This document shows positions 42,432 to 55,068 of a stretch of 64,000 bases of DNA, one piece after another (the stretch's first letter is position 1; each line of letters starts with the position of its first letter). The stretch lies in assembly GCA_951406725.2 (NCBI GenBank), contig OX597818.1, positions 124,001 through 188,000 of the forward strand, given 5' to 3'. The position numbers and the translations under genes were made by a program. This stretch comes from Octopus vulgaris. Its lineage: Eukaryota. Below the pieces are notes generated by a model. The model saw only the letters and a list, made by a program, of their open reading frames with translations. It was not told the DNA's origin and did not search any database.

Positions 42432-44096
42432 ATACACACACACACGCACAAATCTATGTGTGTGTGTGTGTGCGTGCACCCATGTGAATGTATGTGTGTA
42501 TACATTATACATATTTTGTTGTAATGGCCAGTGCTAGTGACACGTGAAAGGCATCTGTGCCAGTGACATGTAAAAGGCACTTGTGCTGGTGACACATAAA
42601 AGACACCCTGTCCACTCTGTGGAGTGGTTGGTGTTAAACAGACTGGTACCTGGTGCAGCTCTCCAGCTTTTCAGCTTCAGTCAAATCATCTAATCCATGC
42701 CAGCATAGAAAACAGACATTAAATGATGATGATGATACATAGATACACACACGCATAAACACACACATGCATACACATACGCATGCACACACTTAAATAT
42801 TTACACGAACACACCCTTATACATATACATATATATATTTATACATATACACACATACTTACACTCATATAGGTTAGGCTTTGAGAGTTCCCTTTCCTTC
42901 TAACTTTCATAACAGGAAGACAACCTGGCGTACAAGGAGGAGAGTACAAGAGCTCACTTTGTTTTCTTGGTTAAATAATGTGTTTTAAGTAGATAATAAA
43001 TAAATATATAAATAGAATATGTGTTTACAACTAATTCACTATCAAACCAAGCAAGCATCTACAATTAGATTGTAATTAACAAAGCATAAAACCAAGAAAG
43101 TTCAACAATGAACATAGAATATTGAGATTAGAAGTAATGTTCTGCATGTATGCTGTCTTCCAGAACATTTTTAATTTTTAAAAATTATGAATTAAATATG
43201 AAAATAATTAATTTAAAACAACACAAAATAGAGAATAAAATGCAATTAAAATGTAACTCTTAAAAATATAAACAAAAAAAATTAGAAAATTTTAGAAATC
43301 GAAAGAAAACTATTTTTCATTGAAATCCGATTAGAAACAGTAAAAAAAATTCTTAAAAGTTAGTAAAGAGAGAAGAATATTAAAAATATGGAGTAATTCC
43401 ATGTGTTCTTCAAGTCTAACCTAAGATTTAGTCTCATCATAGTTGTTGTTGTTCTTTTGTCTGATATCTGCAGATTTGTTGTGAAAGGAGTTACAGTCAA
43501 AGCCATTCCATCTTTTATTATTCAAAATGAGAGGAATAATAGGGTTGGTTTTTGAGTCATGTTATTGCTATTGTTCCTGCCATGGTAGTCATAGAATTGT
43601 AATTAAATAAAATTTTGTCCTACCTTTAAAAGTACATACATTGGTTCTGTTAGTCACTGAACTCGTGTAAAGTGGAAGAGATACATTTTTAATCATACTA
43701 TTAAAGATAAAAGAAACACAAAAGTTATGGCCTATAAGAATTGCACTGTCCCTGCTGTAAGGCTTTACTTCCACACACACCAACTTGCTCGTAATTTAAT
43801 TCATCCTTAGTTGAAAGACACCTGTTGTTAATGTCCTGTTATTTGTATTTGTGTACCATTTCTACGTATTTTTCTGTCCTTGTTTTCATATACATTCGTT
43901 GCTTTCTTCCAAGGAATCCAGTGCTCTTAGCTTAGTTTTTCCTTGGGGCTGGCCAGAATGAAGCAATCTTGAGTATAACCAACTGAAATTGCAAAGATAA
44001 TTTGGAACTCAACTGAGGAAAGAAAACTCCGAATGACTTGTCCTTATTTCCTTTGTATCGTCTCTCTGGATGTTTTGTTGTCCTTTTTTTATAATT

Positions 44097-44155
<59 letters not shown>

Positions 44156-44574
44156 TGCATTTACTTATACAAACGGCCAGCCTTAGGAGGTGCTGAATCC
44201 CATTGGGAACGATTTTGGTTGGCCCAAGGTCCCCAATCAACTTGCACCTCAGAAATTCCCTCCCCTGGAGTTTTTTTTTCCTCCTCGTTTTGTTTTCAGG
44301 TGCTATCAACTAATCTCACCTCCTAATATACTGCAGAGGATTTTTTTCTCTTTTGCGGCATATTAGGTGATCAGAATAGTGGTTGTTTTGTGATCAGAAC
44401 AGTGGCTGCTATTTCTAGCATACTAAACAGCCACGTTAAGGACAGGCTGCTTTTTAGTTAATTTAAAACAAAGTATAATGTGTGTGTGTGTGTGTGTGTG
44501 AATATATATATGTATGCATGCGTGTGCATATGATGTATATGTGTGTGTGTGTGTGTGTATGTATATATATATAT

Positions 44575-45168
44575 AGGAAGACCTGGGATGAAGTGGTGAA
44601 GCACGACCTTCGAACATTAGGCCTCACCAAAGCAATGACTAGTGACCAAGACTTTTGGAAATATGCTGTGCTTGAGAAAACCCGGCAAGCCAAATGAGAC
44701 TATAACCTCGCAGCCTATGCCAGGGGTGTAACCAGCCCACTTATGTGTACCTTTCCTTCATTGGACACTAAACTCTGCTTGCGAAGATCTGTTGAGGCAA
44801 GTGAAAGAGAAATCAAATTTGATGACTGGCATCCGTGCTAGTGGAATGCTAAGAGCACCATCCGAGCATGATCATTGCCAGAGTGGCTAACTGGCTTCCA
44901 TGTCAGTGGCACGTAAAAAGCACCATTTGAGCGTGGCAGTTGCTGGTACTGCCTGACTGACCCTCGTGCCAGTGGCATGTAAAAGCACCCTCTACACTCT
45001 CGGAGTGGTTGGCGTTAGAAAGGGCATCCAGCTGTAGAAACTCTGTCAGATCAAGATTGGAGCCTGGTGCAGCCATCTGGTTCACCAGTCCTCAGTCAAA
45101 TTGTCCCACCCATGCTAGCATCGAAAGCGGACGTTAAACGATGATGATGATGATGATGATGATGATGA
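44575..45168 (+). mobile_element. RTE LINE 3' end (ORF end plus 3' UTR and (ATG)n tail)
   Basis: RKTWDEVVKHDLRTLGLTKAMTSDQDFWKYAVLEKTRQAK* runs directly into the tandem-unit UTR and gatgatgat tail. Confidence 0.85.
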
Positions 45169-45674
45169 TATATATGCATATATATACAATGCATTTATAT
45201 ATATGTATATATATATGCATGATATATATGTATATATATGCATATATGGGTACAGGACGTCACCAATGGTGCAAATAAAATGAAATACATAAAGAAACGA
45301 GTTAAATACGAGGAAAAAATGGTAAACAGGACAAGTAAACACGGAGAAAGGACCCTTCATCACGTATCTGCTGTCAAGAATCCTGGTCATTGTTGTTAAA
45401 CAGTGTCTGTCCAATGTAGCATGGAAACAACTTAATGAAATGACTGAATTCATATTCTAATGGGGGTCATCACAACTCAATGCTTAGGATGATGTAAATC
45501 TTTGTAAACACCAGATCTTCGAGATATAGCAGCCAAATGTGAATAAAATTTTTGAAAAGGAAGAACCAAGAAAGGATAATGAATTGAATTTGATATTGTT
45601 CATAGAAATTTAGTATTTTTGAAGAACTGACAATATATTCAGACCATTATTACATTCCTTCTCGGACGGAGGGC

Positions 45675-45885
45675 TGCCAGAATCATTAGTGCATTAGACA
45701 AAATGCTTACTGCCATTTCTTCCAACTCTTTATGTTCAGAGTTGAAGTTCCACTGAGGTCAACTTTGCCTTTTATCCTTTTGGGGGTCAATAAAATAAGT
45801 ACTGGTTGAGCACTGGAGTTGATGTAATCAACTAACTCCCAACCTGTTAAATTCCAGGCCTTGTACCTATACTGGAAAGGATTAT
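45675..45885 (+). mobile_element. Deu/Nin-domain-like SINE
   Basis: Similar to 20136-20367. Confidence 0.7.
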
Positions 45886-46046
45886 TGCATTCCTGCTATT
45901 TTTTTTATCTCCCTCTTTACATTTGTCTTACTGTGATAATTCTTATATCTTGTATCATATAGCACTTGAATCTTGAGACATAAGGTAGAAATAGCAGCCA
46001 AATCTTACTCAAATCATATGCACGCATGCACACACACTCACACACA

Positions 46047-46114
<68 letters not shown>

Positions 46115-46575
46115 CTCTCTCTCTCTCTCTCTCACTGCCTTGGAATAGGACACTGGAATTGTATTCTGAAGCATACTATTAGTTAAAAGATTTGACATGA
46201 CATCCATGACTGGAACTCCTTTGTCTTTGATCATAGAGCTGTTCAATCAGTGTCAATTACAGTCTAAACAGTGAAGAAAACAAATATTCACCTGGACATT
46301 CCAATAGTCTTTCACAAATAGAACCAGAAATATCAGCTCATTTTTAACATAACACAAACTCTGCATACATACAACTGTCTCTCTCAGGATGTGTGTGTGT
46401 GTTTATCATTGCATCATACATGGCTAACTATGCTCAATGAGGATTAAAGAAAACTTTGACAAAGAAAGACTTGAAAACTATATATTTGTTGAGTTGTAAC
46501 TGAATTCACACCAGTTATACAACAAATGAATGATTTTTACCAGGTATACACCTCAGTGCGTATAAAAAGATATAG

Positions 46576-46614
<39 letters not shown>

Positions 46615-47189
46615 TATATAAAATATCTTGTGTGTGTGTGTATGTCTTTATGTATGTACAAACAACATATGCAAATATCATTCATCTATTCAAATAAAGT
46701 TATCAAATTACAAGACATACATTTTCTATAAGTTGCTCCATAAAACTTCGTCCTTTGCCAGAGAATAGTTTTGCCAAATGAAACTGACAACATTTTCCAC
46801 TTCACTGCTAATTCCAGGGACATTTTATACACACTTAAACCCTTCTACCATAAGAGAATCTCCTAAACTGCTTTGTGTCTATTCTCTTTGAAAAGTTGTT
46901 AGCTAACGTTTCATTGTTCTCAAATGCCTCCACTTTTGCAAGATCCTTCAATGTACAATGGCTGATATCTTCCTCTCATCTGTTGATTCATGCAGTAATT
47001 TCAAAAGAAGCATCAATATTGGCTGGGATGAAGATAACAGACAGTAAATAAAGTGGAAGATAACTGGTGATAACAACAACCACAACTAAATACCATTAGC
47101 AGTTACACCATTTATCACAAAACAATGAGGGAACCTCAATATGGTCACCTTTCGTGGCTTGCTAGAAATAATAACCTAGTCTACTTTCA

Positions 47190-47612
47190 GCTCTCTCTTT
47201 ACTCTTTACTCTTTTATTGTTTCAGTCATTTGACTGCGGCCATGCTGGAGCACCGCCTTTAGTCGAGCAAATCGACCCCGGGACTTATTCTTTGTAAGCC
47301 CAGTACTTATTCTATCGGTCTCTTTTGCCGAACCGCTAAGTGACGGGGACGTAAACACACCAGCATTGGTTGTCAAGCAATGCTAGGGGGACAAACACAG
47401 ACACACAAACACATACACACACACATACATATATATATATACATATATACGACAGGCTTCTTTCAGTTTCCATCTACCAAATCCACTCACAAGGCATTGG
47501 TCGGCCCGGGGCTATAGCAGAAGACACTTGCCCAAGATGCCACACAGTGGGAGTGAACCCGGAACCATGTGGTTGGTTAGCAAGCTACTTACCACACAGC
47601 CACTCCTGCGCC
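47190..47612 (-). mobile_element. tRNA-derived SINE, full-length and young-looking
   Basis: Minus head gcgcaggagtggctgtgtggtaagtagc...ccgggttcactccc, an internal microsatellite and an (agtaaa)n-like tail. Confidence 0.85.
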
Positions 47613-49539
47613 TACTCACATTTTATTAAAAGTAAGGACACATTGCACAGTATAGTCTTACATTCAGGATATCTGAAATAAAGGATGGGACAGGATGGTC
47701 ATGAGTGGAATATGTTCACATATAGGGTTGCTGAACCAGAGCTGATTCAGGATTAAACATCAACAATGTCTATTAGAATGAGTTAACAATGGGCATCTAT
47801 GTGGTCACTCAATCTGCTAGAAACAGCAGTCAAATAGCTTTCAGATAACATCCGTCCCTTTCTACCATTGCATAATGGTATATACCTCTAAGAAGACGAT
47901 TTTGTCATGGCTGGAACGTCTTTGATCAAAAATCTGTTTGGAATGAGACTATATAGAATATTTCAGAACAATGACACTATTATTACAAGGAGCTTATTGT
48001 AGTTTACAAAGTCAGATGACAAAATGAATACAAAAATGACATAAACACTTCAATTACACACTACAACAACAAAGAATGAACATGTAATGTGTAAAGGAGG
48101 AAAATGTGTGGGTTGCTTTTCAACTCATTTTTGTTTATTTTTATATGTTACGTTCTAGTTCCTGCTATCAATACAATACATTAGACTTCACTAAATGGAA
48201 TTCTGATAAAAGTATCCTCACTTCAGTTTACTTCGATTTATTGATTAAAATCAAATGTTACTAAATTTCAAATTTGCAACATTTTAATTGAGGAGGTGGG
48301 GATTTGATCCAAGAAATGTTTCTACCCTCAAGTTATATTTTCAGAAATAGAGTTCATCACCATTTCAAAAAATGTTACTGGTACCAATTGATTAAAGTCC
48401 TTTGATATGATTAATATTTAGTCTAGATACATTCTGATTCATCATATACATGATGAAAGGTGAGACGTAATGACCATCCAGTCTTTTGTTATAGCAGGGA
48501 TATATATAGGATGATATATCCCTCCAGGTTTTTTAGACAGTAGGGTGCAACATACTGGTTATTTGGTAGCCATTTCTTGATGGTCAAATGGCTGTTTAGT
48601 AGCCTTCATTTGTTGACTGAAAACAGATTTAAAAGGGTGATGGTAACTTGGGATAACAGTTCACAAGAATAGTAATTGTGTGAAGCATATGAAATCTAAA
48701 TTGAGAATCTTTGATCCTTGCTTTGAGTCCATAACTCCTGAATGAAAAAGATGAAGAGGTTGTCACAGTACTGTCGTTTCCTGACACTGAAAGAATAAAT
48801 AGCAAAGTTGATCTCAGCTGGAACCATAACAAGTACTGCAATCAGTTCTATCTGCTACTGTATTGATTCTGCCAATTCACCAATTCTGTCTGTGATGGTG
48901 CAGAAGAGAAGCAGCTACATCAAATGGACGGTGTAGGGAGACATATCAGATATACAAGATTTGGAAGATACTTCCTTGTTGTTGTTGTTTAACTTGTTCA
49001 CTCTTGATTCAGCAAACCCATGGTCAAAGGTGTTTCAGCCAAGATCATCCTCTTTTTTTAGGCATAGTTTATTAAGGATTACAACATCAAATGAGTCTTT
49101 CTTTATAAGACAGGAGGTTGCGATTTGAAGGAAATTTGGCTGTTGTTTCTGACAGGTTGAGCAACCACATAGAGGCTTCATTTTTGTTTAACTTCAAGTC
49201 AGTTCTGGTTGAGGAGATATGATGAAATCTGTCCAGCTATGATTATAATGTCTCTATGTATTTCTAAGACATTGTCTAATGTAACTTTTTATTTTTAATA
49301 TGTTATTGTATAATGTGACAGGATTTAGCTGCTATTTCCAGTAGACTGAGTGATCACATTGTGGTTTCATTTCCTGTTTAGTATAATTGCTGACACAAAG
49401 TGAAGAAATAAAAATCCAATTTTTTGAGATAGAGCCATTTCAAAGTTATCCATTTTGAGAAATAATATTTTAAATTGTATTAATCTACATTTTATTATTT
49501 ATTTCTTTACGTCTTAATAAATTTTTGTTAGTAATAATA

Positions 49540-49737
49540 ATCCTTTTAGGCATGAAGCCTGAAATTAGTCAATTACATTGACACCAGTACTGGACTGAAA
49601 AAGTTTCATAGACCCCAAAAGAACAAAAGGCAAAGTCGAGCATGGCAGAATTTGAACAGAGTACATAAAGACAGATGAACTGCTACTAAGCAAGCATTTT
49701 GTCTGTTTTGCTAACGATTCTGCCAGCTTGCTACCTT
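49540..49737 (-). mobile_element. Deu/Nin-domain-like SINE
   Basis: aaaggcaaagtcga..tggcagaatttgaac..gctaacgattctgccagct is the reverse complement of the 20136 family. Confidence 0.7.
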
Positions 49738-49741
49738 GTTG

Positions 49742-49810
<69 letters not shown>

Positions 49811-50281
49811 TGGTATAAAAGATGGGCTACAGCAAATATTCTGCTCAATACCACAGATTTGCTTGTCAGTTGTTTGACCTTAACCAGTTGAGCATGTCCC
49901 TTAGTGGCTGACGATATGTGCATCTCTGATCACGAGCAGAAGTAGTGGGGGAGCATCATAGCCATGTGTTGAGAGGGATTCTTTGGGGTTTGAATAATTC
50001 ACCTCTGGAAACATGGGTGGTTCTTTCAACATCCTTAAACAACCCTTATTCAGGGACCTTTTGAGCGGGATGGGCTACTCAACCTGAAGAAAATTCTAAC
50101 TGGGCCCCACCTGCAAGGTCATGTGCTGTTTATCTTGATATGAGATCACCATGTCGCGCACATATGGTTGTGATGCATGTGCCTAGTGTACCTTTATCAG
50201 ACGGGTAGTCATGATGGGTATATTGGGCTTCGTATATTTTACCCCAATGTCACTTTGATGGCATGCACTGCTCTCTCACTC
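49811..50281. mobile_element. Unclassified interspersed repeat embedded in (AAT)n
   Basis: Flanked by long (AAT)n on both sides; a reverse-complement fragment occurs at ~20600-20730. Confidence 0.65.
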
Positions 50282-50399
<118 letters not shown>

Positions 50400-50639
50400 G
50401 TGATGATGATTTCTTTTAATTGCCACCAGGGTGATAAATGAGGGAAATGATGCAAGCATATAGACATAAAGAGTTGGGATGGACACAGAACTGAATGATT
50501 TTCCAAAACTTGAAATACAAGTATACATAGAGAACAAATATGATGATGATAATGCAGTTCTAATAGTGGAAGACCTCTGTTTAGAGCTAATTTTGGAACC
50601 CCACAAATCCAAGATCACACTGAATACCACAGCAAGTGC

Positions 50640-51430
50640 TCTCCTCAGCAGTCATTCTCTGATCTACAAGTGTGCTTAGAACACTTCCATCAACTCTTAC
50701 CATTTTTTGCCACTCTCATCCACCTTTCAAAAACCTAGTGGACAGCATTTCTCTCTACACTTACAACAACTCAACCAAACAGGAACATGTTTGTCCTCAG
50801 ATCTTTTAACCTCATCTACCACACAACCTATTTTGCAATGGTCACTAGACAGAGGAAGATTGCTTTCCCTGTTAAAGGAGAGCAGTGGAGCAATCACTAT
50901 GATGGACTTGGCTGAAAGCTGGATTTGTCAGTAGCTTTTTAATGTAACTCCACACATTGGCAATGTCTGGACACTGAAAGAATGCATGCAAAACGGTTTC
51001 ATCACTGTGTGTGTATTTTGTGCAGGTTCATATGACTGCACTTCGATGCCTGTAGAGATTATCTCAAACTGGTAGTGCCCACCATCCTACCAGTAGTTCT
51101 GCTAAGCCAGGATTTCTGAAAGTTATCTATTGGAGTCTCCATCTTGAAAGTTCTGTGAAACCAAATGACAAGTTTGTTCTCATCGACATTCAGAGTCTCC
51201 TAGAGAACATTATCACTCTTCTTTTTCACTAACCCTCTGTAAAATATTAGAGTGGAACTTCTACTGACTCTATTGCCTGACTGATGGAGAGCAATGTGTA
51301 TCTCACAACACTCTAAGTGCCAGGCACCTAGTCTTGGTCTTTGCTTTACACAGAACTGCAGCTCAGTCAAGGAGATGAGCTGTAGAAATATGTGCCTTGC
51401 GAATGGCAACTACATCAGTTCACCATCCAA
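50640..51430 (-). mobile_element. Degraded L1/Tx1-like LINE 3' fragment (tentative)
   Basis: The minus strand encodes an ERWMRVAK../MVRVDGSVLSTHL*-like terminus and Cys/His remnants; family uncertain. Confidence 0.35.
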
Positions 51431-52189
51431 GAAATACACCTTCATAACAAGAATATTTAGGAATTGAACCGGGATAATCATTTCTGATGAAACACAAAAG
51501 TATAACTCAAACATACAATTGTGATTTGCTAGAATATTACCAATGTCATCAAAAAAATCTGACCATTCAAAACTTCATATGGAACCAGATGTAACAATTT
51601 CATCTTTGGTGTGCTTTATCAGACAAAAAAAACAGCAGATTGAACTTTTGAATGCAAAAAATAAAACAGAATGATTCCAGCCCATGTTGAATAATTTAGA
51701 GTTCATATAGAATGGTTGGAAAGTAAATAATATTGGCAAACAAATTCAACAGCTTCAAAAGGTTAAGTGTTACAAAAGGTATATATACAAATACTCACAG
51801 CGTATTATCAACATTGATTTATGTAAATCAGTGAATAAGCAAATCATCTTTACAGCGTCTTGGCTGGGAATTTCATTATGTCACTTATATTTTGAGTTCA
51901 AATCCTGCCATAGTCAACTTTCTCTGTCCTCCTTCAGTAATAAGAAAAAATTCCAGTCATGTTGATATAATTGATTTTCTTAAAAAATATACGAGTTTGT
52001 ATCATTGTTATAAATGAATATTCTTTGTGTTTCTCCTCCTTACCACTCCAATTGTTTCCTTACCTATAAAGGCAGTCTAGAATCATTACTTCAATAAACT
52101 ATGAAGGGTTAATGTGCAGTTTAAGACTTTTAAAAACATCCAAGTAAATTAACTGAAAGGAATGGCAGGGACATCCATATAGACAAGTG

Positions 52190-52685
52190 CATTATGAGTT
52201 TTTCCCAGTGGAATATAAGTGAAAAAAGTTTTTTAACTTCCAACAGGTGAGCATCCAACCAACATACAATTGTCCATGAGAGAGGCAAGACTCCTTTAAC
52301 TGCAAACTAGTTACTGATAATGTCTGTCCTCGCAATTTGTTGATGGACATTGCAAAACTTAGTCTTATTGGAAACTGTACTCTTTTAAATTGTACTGGTA
52401 AATCAGTAGCTATTAATGGAATTCTAGTAATGGATACATTATTGCCTGCCCCACATCCATAGAGTACAGAAGCTCTATAACATGTGGCATCATTTTCTTC
52501 ACAATAAATCTTACTCCATTCCAGAATTTTCGAATATCTAAATTTCTTGGAAGAATTGTAGGTGCTCTAAGTTTCAAGTCAAACTTGTGAGGTGGTAAAC
52601 ATGGTGGTTCCTGTAAATTAAAAAATTTAACTGGATAATTCATTATTTCTGATTGGTCAACAATGGTATCAATAGAGCTATATGA
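52190..52685 (-). pseudogene. Helitron Pif1-family helicase C-terminal remnant
   Basis: NYPVKFFN..EPPCLPPHKFDLKLRAPTILPRNLD..NGVRFIVKKMMPHVIE followed by RIPLIATDLPVQFKRVQFPIRLSFAMSINKLRGQTL...SHGQLYVG (Pif1 motifs IV-VI). Confidence 0.9.
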
Positions 52686-52717
52686 TTAACAATTTCTTAT
52701 ATATATATATATATATA

Positions 52718-54674
52718 CTAGCTGAAGGTGACCCACTCTACGCACGGGTATGAGTGTGGTTGTTACTTTCTGTTGCTTCCTTTCAGCACGTAAAAAGCAC
52801 CATCCGAATGTGGCAGATTGCAGCGCCGCCTTGACTGGCTTCTGTGCTGGTGGCACGTAAAAAGCACTAACCAATCGTGGCTGCTGCCAGCCCCCTGGCA
52901 CCTGTGCCGGCGGCACGAGAAAAGCACCCACTATGCTCACAGAGTGGTTGGCGTTAGGAAGAGCATCCACCTGTAGAAACACTGCCAGATCAGACTGTAG
53001 CCTGGTGCATCCTTCTGGCTTCCCAGACCCCGGTCAAACTGTCCAACCCGTGCTAGCACGGAAAACGGACGTTAAACGATGATGATGATGATGATTCTCC
53101 CTCTTTGTTTTTCTCTCCTTTCTCTCTCACTTTCCCACTCTCTTACTCTTCCTTTCTCTCGGACTCGCCCTCGCTTTCTCTTACTCCCTATCTTTATGTA
53201 TCTCTCTCCCATTTATAAACAACAAAAAATCTTGAGTAAGTTGAGAAATAAAATATTTAGAAAGATCAATCATAAATATCAGGCAGTAACAATGGAAAGG
53301 TCTGCTTCAAGGCAGACAGCAAAACACTAACATTTAAAAGGGACAAACGAACTTGCGAGCTGAATAAAAATAATAAAATATTGGAAACCAAAGTTTGAAG
53401 GGATAGAATCTGAGGATAGTAAAGTCACCATGGCTGGCATTTCTTAATGACGGACAGCAACGTATTGACAGTTTAACGGCTGGTGTAAAATTTTGAACTT
53501 GATGTAAAAGAAAATTGGTAAACACCAATTTTTGAAGTGATTCTTTCTCACGACAGTAGACTCACGATGGCAAGCATTCAAAACTTCTTCATCATGGACG
53601 GCAACACATTGACAATTAAAAGGCTGGTGCAAATTGCTAAACACCCGCTCTTTTAAATTTTAATCCCCTTCCAGCCCCATTTAGACCCCTTTTCACATTT
53701 TGGTTAATATAACCCTATTTCATTCGGGTCTACTGGGGCCACATTTTATAAGATGAGGAATTTTGTCCTAGAGGTCACGCGTTTCATTTGAGGAAAAAAA
53801 ATAGTTGTCATGCAAACTTGACAGCACTTTTAACATAGATCTGCATATTTTCAGCTCAAGCGACCACATAATGCACACATTATATATATATATATATATA
53901 TATATGTATTTATGTGTGTGTGTGTATGTGTTGGAGTGTCTCTCATACGTGAGCGTTGACGCTGAATTCGACTGGTAAGCAGGTAACGTTGTCTTTGTTG
54001 AAATAGTTGTGAGGTGCTGGAGTTATTTGTCTGATGGGTAATAGGAATTTCCATATCCTCCGAGGAAACGAACTGTTGACCCAGACAATTAGAATTAATT
54101 TTAATAAAAGCATCAATTTAAGAAAAAATAATAAAGTAGTAAAAAATGAAAATTTAGCACGAAAAATTTGCAGGGTTCTAAATAAATGTTAAAATGTAAT
54201 AGATACGAAAAACCTACGTTATCACCAGAACACGAACGTTCGTTGGTGTGTTCTATTTGTATTTGCTCGATCGGCGCATTGACAGGCAGACAATAGAATT
54301 CATAATATTTGTTGTCATGATTGTGTGTTGGTAGTGGCGATGGTAATTCACTCTATGAATGCAGACAGATACATAAAAGAACGCCGTTGTGATGGGAAGG
54401 TAGGAAATAGAGTGAGTGAAAAAGTGCTGGGAAGAGAGGGAATAGCGAGAGTGAGTTGAGGAAGACAGATACATTAAAGAACGGGAGTGGACTTGTCAAA
54501 GTGGGTTTTTGGCCCTAGCAACGACACCATTTAAGATATGGATTTCTAAGGTAGCCCACGGGCATCGTCACCTCATTTTACATGTCCCTGTACATTTTGG
54601 AGTGAATTGGACGGGATGTAGTGGCCTTGAAAGCGATCCAAGCGGTAAAAACGCATTTCAGTTTTATATATAGA
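52718..54674 (-). mobile_element. Non-autonomous Helitron, tandem copy 1
   Basis: CTAG at 52718-52721 with a decayed hairpin; 5' TCTATATATAAAAC at 54674. Confidence 0.85.
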
Positions 54675-55034
54675 CTAGCTGAAGGTGACCCGCTCTACGC
54701 GCGGGTAAGAGTGTGGTTGTTACTTTCTGTTGCTTCCTTTCAGCACGTAAAAAGCACCATCCGAACGTGGCGGATTGCAGCGCCGCCTTGACTTGCTTCT
54801 GTGCTGGTGGCACGTAAAAAGCACCAACTGATCGTGGCCGCTGCCAGCCCCCTGGCACCTGTGCAGGCGGCACGAAAAAAGCACCCACTACGCTCACAGA
54901 GTGGTTGGCGTTAGGAAGGGCATCCACCTGTAGAAACACTGCCAGATCAGACTGGAGCCTGGTGCAGCCTCCTGGCTTCCCAGACCCCTGTCAAACTGTC
55001 CAACCCGTGCTAGCACGGAAAACGGACGTTAAAC

Positions 55035-55068
<34 letters not shown>

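Noticed and set aside
43624-43697. Possible 74-nt minus-strand host exon (tttcttttatctttaatag|...aaag|gtagga; MIKNVSLPLYTSSVTNRTNVCTFK)
   Set aside because: Splice signals are plausible, but there is no recognisable protein motif or partner exon; it needs RNA-seq.
44015-44050. CUGAGGA...GAAU hammerhead-like string in a (TA)n-adjacent repeat
   Set aside because: No GAAA, weak stem II and no convincing stem I.
46850-47022. Possible minus-strand exon after ttatcttcatcccag
   Set aside because: All three frames hit stop codons before a convincing donor site.
49905-49935. CUGACGA in the (AAT)n-flanked repeat
   Set aside because: No downstream GAAA or stem III.
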